NCBI GenBank assembly: GCA_030704615.1 | Contig: CM060734.1 | Span: 22,320,001-22,384,000 of the forward strand | Source of the DNA: Takakia lepidozioides | Lineage: Eukaryota > Plantae > Bryophyta | Length of the DNA: 64,000 nt | Direction: 5' to 3' | Shown: positions 38,373 through 49,895 of the stretch, piece after piece | Position numbering within the stretch: the stretch's first letter is position 1 | Layout of the letters: each line of letters starts with the position of its first letter | Program-made: the position numbers and the translations under genes | The notes under the pieces: generated by a model | Seen by the model: the letters and a program-made list of their open reading frames with translations, nothing else | The model's database searches: none | Told to the model about the DNA's origin: nothing

Positions 38373-40159
38373 GGAAAGGAGGGATCGGGCACATTGACAG
38401 GAGAGGGAGAGGAGAGATAGGCTGGTATTGGTAGGTTGTTTTATGATGCTGGGTATTGTAAAGAGTAAGGGGGGTGGCATGTCTGGGAGGTAATGAACTA
38501 TGGGGTACGAAAAGGCTAGGGGTAGAGGCTGATGCATGTCAGAGTTCTAGTGCTGTGGGAAAGTGAGCGGGGGGGGGGGGGGGGGCTGATGGGAGCACCA
38601 GGCTGGTGAGGATGGATGGCTCGGCAGAGAACGAGAACTGGCAGGGCTGAGATGGGGGATGGCTGGTACTCAGAAGCTGGACAGGGGGAAGTGAACTGGG
38701 TATTGGGGCGAGTTGAGGGAGAGGTGTAGTATAAAGGAGATGGGGGAGGTGCCAGAGTGGTTATGTAATCAAGCAGGGCGGGGCAGTGCAACTGTGGGAG
38801 GGAGAGAGTATAGGAAATGTGGCAATTGAGGGACTTATTTAATAGAATACTGTGGTCGTGGGTGCAGTTTGCAGAGTCGGCGGGCAAGAGCAGAGAGGTT
38901 GTATGTGTAACAAGGTGCCAATAGGGAAGCAACGCTGGTATCGAGAGCTTAGGCAGGCTGAAAAGGTTTGGTGTGCAGCAGTAGGGTGTGAAATAGGTGG
39001 TGTGGGGATTTGCAGTGGGAGTGGGGTGGGTTATGGTAGGGCAGAAGGTCTTGGACGATGGCTGGGACCTATATAGGGGGGGTTTTTGAGCAAAGGATCT
39101 GAGGTGTTGGGCGGATTTTGAGGGTGAATCGGGCAAATAGGATCGAGCGCTTGAGTACTGAGTAGAGTCTTTTAGTGGTGATATATGTGGGCATTGTAGG
39201 GCATGAATTGAAGAGAACGCAAAGTAGGAAGTGTGGAAACGATTGTAATAAAGGAAGGAGAGGTATTAATTATGAGTGAGGGATAAGTATGCTTCCTGAT
39301 GGGGAGTGGACATTGAGTTGCTGGAGCCGGCGGATTGGCTGGGACTTTGGGGACCAAATGATGAGGCTTGCCTTCATGCCACAAGATAGGCAGCTGCCCT
39401 CCCCGTGGGCATACTGTAGTACATAAGATTCGCCAGGTCGGAGATGCCATTGCTTGAAAGTTGTGCACCGTACGGGAATGCTCGGTTTGTGCACCGGATG
39501 GGGGGTGGGGAGGAATCCGTCCGCCCAAAGTAGAGTGGAGCGCCGCTGTAGACATAACTGTAGAGTAACCATTCCATAGCTGATAGAGAGGAGGTGGGTG
39601 GTAGACCTTCCAATGCCAAAAAGGGGAACTTGAAAACGCCAGAGTAAGAATCGAGAAAGTAAACATAACATGGATAAGCGTATACACCGTCAGGTGGCCT
39701 TTGAAGCTGCTGGTGTAGTGAGCTTTGAGTTGACGGGTGGAACGAGCATCCTAAGGCTGGATGCGGCGGGCCCGGCAAGAGAGGAGGTACCAAGCGGTCG
39801 CAGAACATATTCGCCCATAGATCGCTAAAAAGATTAGCAAGAGATAGCTTAAGAGACGCGTAGAGAAGAGGCGAGTCTTATGAACGAGGTAGAGCGAAGC
39901 CGGGGTGTTGCGAGGCTGCAGGGCAGAGATAAGGGCCACTGGACGAGCTATGGCGGGAGACGGCGCTAAACACCTAGCTAGGGGTAAGTTAGTGGATCCG
40001 CTGCAAAGAGATGTAACGCCCTTGAGGAAAGTAGGAAAATGGTTAAACCCTATGGATTTAATCATGACTAAGATATTTAGCAGAGACTGGCGGCGGGAAG
40101 GCGGGCTCCACCTTCCCCCAGGAGCTGGTCTATTTTTCATGGCCAGTCCAATTTACCTA

Positions 40160-40456
40160 AAAGAACTTAGTCGGAAAGGCTGAAGCCTCTTTGTTCATAC
40201 AGCAAGACAGTATACGAGACAACCAAGAGTTATTCTGAGATGATGCACATTCTCTCCATCTCATGTTCTCTCATAATACACATTCTCTCCATCTCACAAT
40301 CACTCTACACAGAGATGCTTGGAATAGCATGGCTTTACTTCAGAGTCATCACGTCATAGCACAAGTACACATTGAATCACTCTGATTCCACTAGATACAC
40401 ACTGATCCATCCTAAGTTGCGTGCAATCCTTTTATACTATGCTTGAAAGAGCCGTT
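40160..40456 (-). mobile_element. LTR family 1, continuation in inverted orientation (possible terminus at 40012)
   Basis: Reverse complement begins AACGGCTCTTTCAAGCATAGTATAAAAGG, continuing 36944. Confidence 0.8.
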
Positions 40457-43400
40457 TAGATTGATAACTTACACTCTGGCCCTCTGTTTGCAACCCCTGC
40501 GTATTGATGCAGAACCATTTTTTGAGGAGGACCGGGGTGGCACTTTTCGGACCCTGAAATTCCCCGTCACCGAAAAACGTCACCGCCAAATACCGCCGTG
40601 TAGGCTCGCCCTCAAATGCCAACTTCTTGGCAGAGCCAGTCCCAGTCCGAACTGACTTGGGAACCCGGACAACCGGTGACTTGGTAGCAGCAGCAGCAGT
40701 CGCAGGACCTTGCACAAAGTCGTCATCGGAGTCACTCCCTTCGGGCCCCTCCTGCGCCTCCTCTCGTGTCCCGATGGTTTTCTGTTTTTTGGGGGTTACT
40801 GTAGTCCCTTGTTTCCGTGTCCTTTTCTTCTGTCCTTTATTCTTCTCATTCAACTTCTCCTGAATACCTGCCTGAGCAAGCTCTGCCGCTTTCCTGGATT
40901 TGGCAAGCGCTTTCACCTCCTTTGGACCCAGCGGAGCCCGGTTTCGTTGGGCCTCAGCATCCAGCTTCAATTGAAACTCGGAGGCGTCGAGCCCTCCAAG
41001 CGCAAGGTCCACATACCAAGGGCAGTCACGCAAATGCTCCAGATGCCACTCCTTCACGATAACGTCAGTGTACATGGAGTCAGCTCCGGGGTTCCTCCAT
41101 GCGAGGAAGAATGGCAGCTCGAAGGATAGATGACCTTTCTCCAACAGGGAGAACTTGCAGTACTTGCATTCAAGAAACCCACAGAGAATCAGGTCCTGGG
41201 AATGAGGTTAATGTTTCGTCAAGAAACTGCAAAAATGGCGCCGAATTTCTATGCGGGGTAGGCCCGATGGTCCCGACTCCCCGGGGTGCCGTGCAATGAA
41301 AGTGGTAATTCGGCGCCATTTTTCCCGAGGGCGAGGGAGCCCATTCTGGGACTTAGCCGTTTTGGGGCCCAACCTAGAAAAATGGCGCCGAATTTTCCAC
41401 TTTCGGGCCCCAGAAATGGCTAAGTCCCTGGGGTGGCTGGCACCGAAACTGGAAATTCGGCGCCATTTTTCCAGGTTGGGGCCTAGCGGTTTCTGGGACT
41501 TAGCCACTTTCGGACCCAGTCTGGAAAAATGGCGCCGAATTTCCAGTTCCAGGCCCCGAAAATAGCTAAGTCCCGGGGGTGGCTGGCACCGATACTGGAA
41601 ATTCGGCGCCATTTTTCCAGGTTGGGGCCCAGCCCTTTCTGGGACTTAGCCACTTTCGGACCCAGCTTGGAAAAATGGCGCCGAATTTTCAGTTCCGGGC
41701 CCCGAAAATGGCTAAGTCCCGGGGGTGGCTGCCACCCATACTGGAAATTCGGCGCCATTTTCCCTGTCTCGGGGGCAGTCACCCCCAGGGACTTCGCCAT
41801 TTCTTCACAACCAATTGTCATGCCCCACACAAGCCGTTTTACATCCACGAACTCCAGGGACTACAATGGCCACAGATCAAAGAGGAGCACCGCATATTTA
41901 CCTGTACAGAAGGCGCATTGTCGCTTTGTCCGCGTTCGGCTGGTCGGTGAACTCGTGGCTCCGGCGGGCATGCGGTATCTCTCGAAAGAACAGGTCGGTT
42001 TTGTAGAGCAGAAAGTACCTCGCCACATAGTCGCGTAGGCTCTCTGCTTCTCCAGCTTGAACTGATGTGCTTGGGTGTCAAGCTGCTCTTGCGCATTCAT
42101 CGTCACCTGTGGAGATTCTCCATCAGACCGCATTCCTCAATAAATACAAGAAATCCACCAGATACAAGAGTAGAAGCGCCAAATGAAGCGTGGGAAAGTA
42201 CCTAAAACCACCATGTCATGCGGTTCATCCACATGTCGAATGTGGGGTCAGACAATTTGTCGGGTTTGGGGAAGCTCCACATGTCCCTTGTACTCTGGGA
42301 GCCATTCCAGATTTGGAGCCACCGGATCTGTCCAACCACCATGCATATTAGTAAGCGCCAAACACCATGAAAACGAATAGTTGCCACAAGAGAATTTGGT
42401 TAAGAATGTATAACCTTCTCTGTTGCATCCACACAGGCTGTGGCTAGACGATGTAGCTTTTCCAGTGTCATCGTGGGCTTAAGAGCGCGGGAGTAGTGCT
42501 TCCCCACCTCCACCAGAAAGTCGGCACCAAGGGCGGGATCAGCTATGGCCACGTACTTCACCATCCGCGACTTGTACTTGATGCGAGCCTTTGCCTCCGC
42601 AGCTTTGAGATACGATTCCAGTGCCAGGAGGGTTAGTTTCTTCTCCTCTGACTACATGTAGAACCTCCGTGCATGTGCCAAATCCTGCTGATTTTTTGTC
42701 TGTCAACAATGCGCACATAAGATTAGAAATCTTGGTCCACACTTTTTCTTCTATTGGGGGAGCAAAGACAGATTATGTCAACAAAAGAGTTGGGAGCTGT
42801 ACCCGAAATATGTAGTCCACCATGGCGTCCATGCTCAGCCTATACCAGGTTTTGTCTGCCTTGAAGTGATGATCGGCACCGATCATCACTTCTGTTTTTA
42901 TTTTATTTTATTTTATTTTTAGCCTCCGACTTGCGCAGTAGGTCGGCACTGAGCGAATTGGCAAACTCTTGCACCCCCTACTTCCCGACATCCTTCACTC
43001 GGAAGAGCATGTGGGACAAGTTGGTGGCAATGAAGGCATTCTCAGTCACCCTGCAATCATTTCTATTAAACGATACTGAAATAAGAATTTGCAACAAATA
43101 TGACGATTGGCAACGAAATGACTGTTTCAAATTCAAAGTTCCAAAACAAGAGGCATTGTAACTTACGAGTTGATGTCTGCCATTGCAGCTTTGAGAAGAC
43201 TGCGATCTTTGGGCCCCGCAACCTTCAGCACAACACACTCCACGGCGTAATGCCAATCTAGGTCGTTGGGGTAGGCTTGGGTTATGTGCTCCATCTATGC
43301 CAGGAGGCAATGATTGCCGTCCCACACATAAAACATCTTTCCGGACAAGTGGTGGAAAAGAGGATCAGTAGCAATCAATCTCTCGAACTCCTCATTTCGC

Positions 43401-44150
43401 CTTTGCCAATGGGGACCCCATTTGTCCACCTCCTCGGAAGTGTGGGCACGAGAAGCTCCATGGTCGTTCTCAATGGAAATATAAAACGCGGCAGACCCCA
43501 TTCGATATCCCTCTCGGAAAGAGAATTTCAGCTTGTCGATATCGCCTGGGAGGGCAGGTCTCACCACCTGCAATGATAGCAAGCGGCAGAGAGGAATCCG
43601 AAGCTTTGCCGGGTACACCATGCCCCCCAGGACCCTGCCAATGTTGTTGTGGGTTGCCTCCAACATCCTGGCAGCGGCCAACTTCATATCCGCCTCCGAC
43701 ATGACGTCTGCTGCAGGGGGGTTCTCCGGCAGCCCACCAGGACCACCAAATCCAGCCTGTATGCTCCGGGTTTGGGGCCTAGGGATCTCCGGGAGGATGT
43801 CATCCTGGTCAGAAAGGTCCCTCTCGTCGTCCTCAACTTCGTCAATCACCGGCGGAAGCACCTCGTGCCCTCTCCCTGTCTTCACCTCCACCTCCCACAT
43901 TCCGTGGTCTTTGTGGTGTTCTAGCCCCTCCCCCAGTCTCCACCGCATGGGTAATTGCGGGGGCTGCTCCCACCCGCGATGGTGTAACCGGTAAGGATGC
44001 AGCCGGTGTGTTACTGCCTGTTTCTGCTGTCTTGGAGGGATCCACCATTTCTGTGCGTCCCTTTACATGGGCATTTGTCATTTCCACACCCCTGGCCTCT
44101 TCAGTGGCCTTTTCTCTTGCCTCATGGCTAGCCTTCTGTCTCGCCTCTTA
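40457..44150 (-). pseudogene. Accessory ParB-MTase-like gene of copy A2, 5'/middle part
   Basis: LRIPLCRLLSLQVVRPALPGDIDKLKFSFREGY..MFYVWDGNHCLLA*; VTENAF; DMWSFP..WMNRMTWWF; FFLAWRNPG; the DIPDG segment is deleted. Confidence 0.88.
41230..41795. repeat. Intronic array of subfamily A motifs in alternating orientation (~72-bp spacing)
   Basis: GAAAAATGGCGCCGAATTTCC / GAAATTCGGCGCCATTTTTCC alternating with GGGACTTAGCC / GGCTAAGTCCC. Confidence 0.88.
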
Positions 44151-44640
44151 TTTCCATCCTGCAGGTAAGTCGGAGCTCGGACGGATGGAAAACCGGCGCC
44201 GAATTTCCATCCTGCAGGTAAGTCGGAGCTCGGACGGATGGAAAACCGGCACCAAATTTCCATCCTGCAGGTAAGTTGGAGCTCGGTCGGATGGAAAACC
44301 TACTCCATCTTGCAGGTAAGTAGGAGCTCCCCCGCATGGAAAACCGGCGCCAAATTTCCATCCAGCGGATCACATTTGTGGGGATAACGTACAAAATAAG
44401 TGGCCCGCAGGGAGAAAACTCTAAGTTGAGGGTCGGATTATACAAAAAAACCTCGAAAAAGGTCATGTAACGACTGAAAATGGTTGATGACGGCTCCATA
44501 CGGGCGCCCTCGGATGGAAATTCGGCGCCGTTTTTCCATCCGGGGGATGATCTCTGGCAGCCACGTGTCGGCCTCTCCCCCCGAGACGACTTCATCCGAG
44601 CGCCCTCGGATGGAAATTCGGGGCCGTTTTTCCATTCGGG
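44150..44640. repeat. Remnant of intergenic palindrome array A (53-bp units)
   Basis: GGATGGAAAACCGGCGCCGAATTTCCATCCTGCAGGTAAG units, related to the reverse complement of 10540-10780. Confidence 0.85.
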
Positions 44641-45578
44641 TGTCAAGCGGCTTTTACTCACCCATCCCTTCGCTATCCGAGGTGGGAACTCCAAGATAGA
44701 AGAGTTGGAAATCTCTAAGCACTCAGCCCGCTCAGAACAATCAGTCATGACCTACAGCTAGTGTATCATGGGGGTGAATCCTATTTGTACTCCTTCCCGC
44801 ATTCATGTTAGCGAGTTACCTTACTGTCTGCAATTAAGTATCAGGTTGCTTCAGAAATCTATCCGGTTCCATCCACTCATCCATTCATTCCACAGCTTCA
44901 CTCAGGTCTCTCTACACAGTGTGAGTATGAAGTATGTATCATATTGATATCTATCAAGTATCAGGCTGAAGCCATGGTGTCTCTAATCTACTCCACATTA
45001 CAATTCTACAGCTTGCATTCATCATGTATCAACAGATCGTCTCTTCTCCTACTCCGTGCTCTCCATCTTTCCACTCAGAGATGCGCTCTCCCCTTCATTT
45101 CCAAGCCGTGATGCCAGAAGTTCCCCCCCAAGAAGTGATTCCCAGACGTCCCCGCTCTTCGCTTTATCTACCTACAAGCTGTTCTAACTGCTTTCCTAAC
45201 TAACCATCATCCCTGTAGTACACACTCCTTTTTCAGATGTCATTCCCCCACAGTCGTTCCCTGCCAATGATAATTGTCCCCCAGCTGTGCCGAGCTGTGA
45301 CTGGCTGTGTTGGGCTGTGTCGGCTGTGCGAAGCTGTGGCCGGCTGTGTCGGTTGTGTCGGTTGTGTCGGACTGTGACGGGCTGTGTTGGCTGTGCGAAG
45401 CTGTGACTGGCTGTGTCGGGCTGTGTTGGCTGTGATGGACTGTGTCGGGCTGTGTATCTCCCCCCCTAAAGCCTGTTGTTGTCACCCCTAAGGCTCATGT
45501 TGGTCTCAGTCTGTGTAAAAATTAAGGGTACCCCACAGATCTCGTAAAAGTGTCTAAGTCCCAAGCAGCCCTCTAACA
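44641..45578 (-). mobile_element. 3' LTR, family 2, of a second truncated Ty3 insertion
   Basis: TG..CA termini; colinear with 18073-19047; polypurine tract immediately upstream on the minus strand. Confidence 0.88.
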
Positions 45579-45582
45579 TTTA

Positions 45583-45596
45583 TCCCTCCCCCTCTC
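45583..45596 (-). promoter_or_regulatory. Polypurine tract
   Basis: Minus strand GAGAGGGGGAGGGA, four bases before the LTR start TGTTAGAGGG. Confidence 0.8.
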
Positions 45597-45803
45597 AAAA
45601 AGCCGTGTCCTCACGGTTTACTGTTTGGGATTGGGAAACCTTTGTGAGCGAGCACCCTTTTGACGTTGAGAGTCTCGTGAAGGACTCCGTGTGTGAGCCC
45701 GTGTCCTGTCACTGGTTGACGGAGATGATTGAGCACTACCTAGAAATGTCAGTCCCTCCTTTGGCTGATATCGAGGTAATCTCTCAGGCATAGGAGACCC
45801 CCG

Positions 45804-47852
45804 TCACTTCTTGTCTGCCATCTGAATTGCATAGTCCTCTGCCATGTCAAAAGAGTCCGCTGAAGAAACAGTAGTATCAAAATCGTCTTCCCCCTTGAGG
45901 TGTTTTAACGGTCGAACTCTAACTGGAATCCTCTGGGGCATACAATGTGGTCCCACCATGTCTGGAAGTTTAATCTGTAAAACTTGTTGTAAGCGTTGAA
46001 TTGCAAAATTGGTGAAGACCCTGAACTCCTTGTCTGTACAGATGAGTGGTGTGCCAATGACTTGTGAATTGTGCAAGTATTTCCATGCCTCATGTCCCTT
46101 AAGGAAAATATTATCAGGGCCAAATTTTTGTGTTGACAAATTGTTCCAGGCCGAATGAAACCATGAACGAATTTGAGAATCCTTTTGCATCATTACTTTT
46201 GCCTCATATAGGTACATATGAGGTGGCACTGAAGGTAAGACCCAATGATCCCCACTGGAATAACTCAAAAAGCGCGATTGCATCTTCTGTTGCTCAATGT
46301 GATAACGTGCCAGAAAACAAGCAGCATAGTATAACCCGTAGCCCATGACAATACTTGCTACCTCCTTGGTCTTGGTATAAATGAATCCATGTACAACTTG
46401 GAAGGCAATTAATTCCTTCAACATGGTACTTGCCTCATGCCAGTACCTCGCAAAGTGATGATCCTCAATGGGTCGATTGTTCGGAAGAACTTTGGTCTTA
46501 GTTGCCACTAGCAGCCAAATGTGCATGATCTGGTAGTAATGTGCCAACGACTGCGGAGGACTAAATTCCTTCCAAGCCAAATCCAACACAATGGGAATTT
46601 GGTTGAAGGGCATAATCATAGCCCGACTGTACTCCCGTGCAGCAGGAGTTTTAGGTGGGTTAAAAGTAGCATCCCCCCATACCTCAGGCTGTGGCGGCTG
46701 TGGTGTGGCTGTAGTAACAACGGGGTCAGCTACTGTCACAGTCACTTGTTGTGGTATTGGTAGCACTGGCTCTTGTACCACTGGCATCTCCTGGACCCCC
46801 TGCGAAGAAGACTGAAAAGCTAAAGTTCTGGCTTGTAAATAAGAAGCCATCAGCTGCTCCTCAGGTACAAAGACTCTCTTGTCAATATTTGATGTCAGGT
46901 CGTCCACCTGAGTCTGCAGGCCGTCTACATCCTCCTGTAGCTCCGCTATTCTACTATAGACATTGTCTATAGTAGTTGTGGCAATGTTCTGCACCTGCAG
47001 TCTGAGCTCATTCATCTCGCCTTGGGTGAGCTTCCGTGGTGCTTTGCCTTCCACCGGTCCTTGTGCTAACCAGACCTGCAGAAGGTGGTTATCCACCAAG
47101 TTGGTTGTGGCATCCCTGCGGGTCTGCTCCTTTCTGAGTTTGTACATATCTAACTGCTGCTGTAAAGCCTCCATGCGCTTCGCATGAGGTTCAACCAAAC
47201 TCGCATAGGCAGCAACCAGATTATTGGCTTCCTTCCAAGCGACAGAGAGTTCATTTCTATTGGCCATGACCGTTTGTTGCAATTCCAGGATGTACCTCTC
47301 TTGGTCAGCTTCAACCTGCCTGTATTGCTTGAAAGTATTCTCGTTGCGACAGATTGTATTCTTCATATCAACAATGAGTTTTGTCTGCTCGACATTATCT
47401 GCCTGTGCCTGTATACATCTTTCCGCTTGGCTGTTAACTTCTAATGTAGTTTGCTCAAGCGTAGTTGTGAGTGTAGCACATTGTATGGCCATCCTCTCAT
47501 GTATTGTCTGCAACTCCGTATGTAGTGCATTAACTTCTTGCAACTTGCTCTCATATTTCACCTGCATTTGGTATAGCTGTTGCTTATGTGCTTCGTGCAA
47601 CTGGTCCTGCGCGAGGCCTGCTTCAATCAAATGTTCCTTGGCCAACTGCAAAGCAGCTGTTGTATCCTCTAACTCTTGCTGTAACTTGAGAGTGACCTCT
47701 TCATCGACCTTGTTTGCACACTCAGTGGCAAGTCGAGCCTCAAACTCCTTCCTGAGTTCCTCCCTCAAAGCTGCCAATTGGGTAGATAGAACATGGGATT
47801 TCACATAAGTGCCCAACAAATCAAGTGTCCTGCTTATGGAACATGAAAGCAT
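45804..47852 (-). CDS. Extra 3' ORF of an LTR retrotransposon: long coiled coil plus unknown C-terminal domain (true start probably further upstream and disrupted)
   Basis: Uninterrupted 682 codons; E/Q/L heptad-rich first half; lies just upstream of the PPT and 3' LTR in sense orientation. Confidence 0.7.
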   Translation of the reverse strand: MLSCSISRTLDLLGTYVKSHVLSTQLAALREELRKEFEARLATECANKVDEEVTLKLQQELEDTTAALQLAKEHLIEAGLAQDQLHEAHKQQLYQMQVKYESKLQEVNALHTELQTIHERMAIQCATLTTTLEQTTLEVNSQAERCIQAQADNVEQTKLIVDMKNTICRNENTFKQYRQVEADQERYILELQQTVMANRNELSVAWKEANNLVAAYASLVEPHAKRMEALQQQLDMYKLRKEQTRRDATTNLVDNHLLQVWLAQGPVEGKAPRKLTQGEMNELRLQVQNIATTTIDNVYSRIAELQEDVDGLQTQVDDLTSNIDKRVFVPEEQLMASYLQARTLAFQSSSQGVQEMPVVQEPVLPIPQQVTVTVADPVVTTATPQPPQPEVWGDATFNPPKTPAAREYSRAMIMPFNQIPIVLDLAWKEFSPPQSLAHYYQIMHIWLLVATKTKVLPNNRPIEDHHFARYWHEASTMLKELIAFQVVHGFIYTKTKEVASIVMGYGLYYAACFLARYHIEQQKMQSRFLSYSSGDHWVLPSVPPHMYLYEAKVMMQKDSQIRSWFHSAWNNLSTQKFGPDNIFLKGHEAWKYLHNSQVIGTPLICTDKEFRVFTNFAIQRLQQVLQIKLPDMVGPHCMPQRIPVRVRPLKHLKGEDDFDTTVSSADSFDMAEDYAIQMADKK

Positions 47853-48399
47853 GGCCTGCTGAGGGTAATCATGGTGAGTTTGCTGCTGTTCTCCCTGATC
47901 CTCAACAGTGTGCTCCCCCTGGTACCTCCATCACAGATGTGGTTATTACATGCACAGCAGGGTTTCCCGTGGACAATCGCTGCACCTCTGGAATCACTGT
48001 TTCCCTTACCAAGCCAGAATTTTCGTAGAGAAGGTCACCCTTCTCAATTTCGGCCACGACCTGCTCTGTAGTGGGAATGTTTAATCTTTCTCTTTCCTGA
48101 GCAATTGGGGGTGATGCAACACATATACTAACTGTGGAACCTCTAAAACAACAGAGTCAATTGGTTGTGGTGGCTGTGACATCGAAGTGACTTCCTCTTC
48201 CCTCTCTGAAGGCCCTGCTTCTGATAATAGCAGCTCTCTGTGCTGCTGTGCCCCTTCCTGCACAAGAGCTTGGGAAACATTATCATGCGGTTTCCGTGAA
48301 GCCAGTGGATCCGCCATTACAGTCTTTCCCCGCCTCTATCTCTTAGACTGGGGTTGCACTGCCGAACCGGGTTGTTCACAACCTGTCCAACTCAGACGA

Positions 48400-49895
48400 G
48401 GTCATGGAAGTTCTAAGATCATCCTGGAGATCAGGCAAGTCCTCAATGGATATCAGCGGATGAGGGAGTCATATTCCCAGCACGAGCTCAGCAACTCGAT
48501 CCATTCTTGGTATTCTGCGAGGGCTTCATATGGAGGGACACCGCTCGGAGCTGGCTGGGCTGGACTACAGCAAGTTTGCAATTAAATCCATGACATGCCT
48601 TCCCGCAGACATCGACGGCAATATCTTCTTTGAGTTCCCTCCTCGAACGGACTATTCGAGGGCGTCCGGAATGTTGACAGATATGGATAGGAAACATGAT
48701 AGTCATCCTTGGTGCGTCACCAAAACCACCAGCATGAAGATGCTCGATGGTGTGCGGGCGCGCTACGGTGTTTCTCCCCAACTTGCTTCCACTTTAAATC
48801 TAGAGGTCACATGAACGAGACGGATTGGACAGGCACAGCTCATCAACCATTTCGAGCTCAGGAAAAGGTTCCAAACTCCACATTTAAGTGTGCTTATTGC
48901 AAAGAACCACCACATTGCATGTCTGTTTGTAACGCCAAGCAGTACTATGTGTTGCACCGTTTCCCTGACCTCACACGAGCTTGCATACACGTTGGTGTGC
49001 ATTGTCACAAATTGGCGAGGGGGAACTCGCGGGAGGCTGCCCACGAGGCAGAGTAGCTCATTTAGGAGGAGGTTAAGTTGAGACCTGGTGCAAACAGATA
49101 CAGTTGCAGGCCGCCCATAAGATGGCATTGGCCAGAATTAGAGACACATTTTGCATGTATGCGGGCTTGGTGGACAACGTCAGGTACTGTAAAGAAATCA
49201 GACGAGGGAGCAATGGTCAGTTGGCTAGCATGGTGGCATTATCGTTTCCTCCAGTTCGGCGACTATATGCGGGAGGTGAGTTGGACGAATTTGAGTCCCG
49301 TTGAATATTATGCTAGTCATTATTTGTAACTTGCTTGTAACCTCAGTATGTGCATGTGCAGGAAATGTGTCTGGACTCCGACACCAACATGCCGACAACA
49401 AACATGGCCGAATCAGTACATTCTTCCTGGCGTGCCTCCTCTGCGGCGCATCTGGTGGACATCCTCACTGCCACAACGGTGGACATTGTGAGGTCAATCA
49501 TGCAGCAATGCAGGTACACCGAGTTCTTGAAAGAGAAACAGCGGGGCTTGGGGCCGGACAGGCAAGAAATGCTGATGCGGACTGCCTCCAGATCGAAGAA
49601 TCCTCGGAAGTGGGCGGCAGCCTTGCGAGAGGGCCTTCGAGACACGCCATTGCTTCGAAGAGGCCAACACTTGGAAAAAGATGTTCACACCCGTCCAGTG
49701 AGACGAAGACTTGACGAGGCACCTGGCAGAGAAGAGGATTCATGGCGAGCTGACAAGAATATTCGCACGCTCCCTCGTGGTCCCGTGATGTTGCCCGAGG
49801 AGGTCTCGTTGAGCATCGCAAGTCCTGCACGTTCAAGATCGCCATCTCCTTTGAGCACATGGCACATGCCCGAGGAACATAACGAGCCATCTGTA
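48400..49895 (+). pseudogene. Mutator-like transposase, probably of copy A2 (GCM/WRKY-like N-terminus; DD core deleted; 3' truncated)
   Basis: DRKHDSHPWCVTKT, FKCAYCKEPPHC..C..IHVGVHCH, TNMAESVHSSW; same intron position as copy B; divergent from the A2 accessory gene. Confidence 0.85.

Noticed and set aside
18073-45578. The two family-2 LTRs as ends of one element
   Set aside because: The PBS faces left of the first LTR and the PPT lies right of the second, so their internal regions point away from each other; the LTRs are visibly diverged and no TSD is shared.
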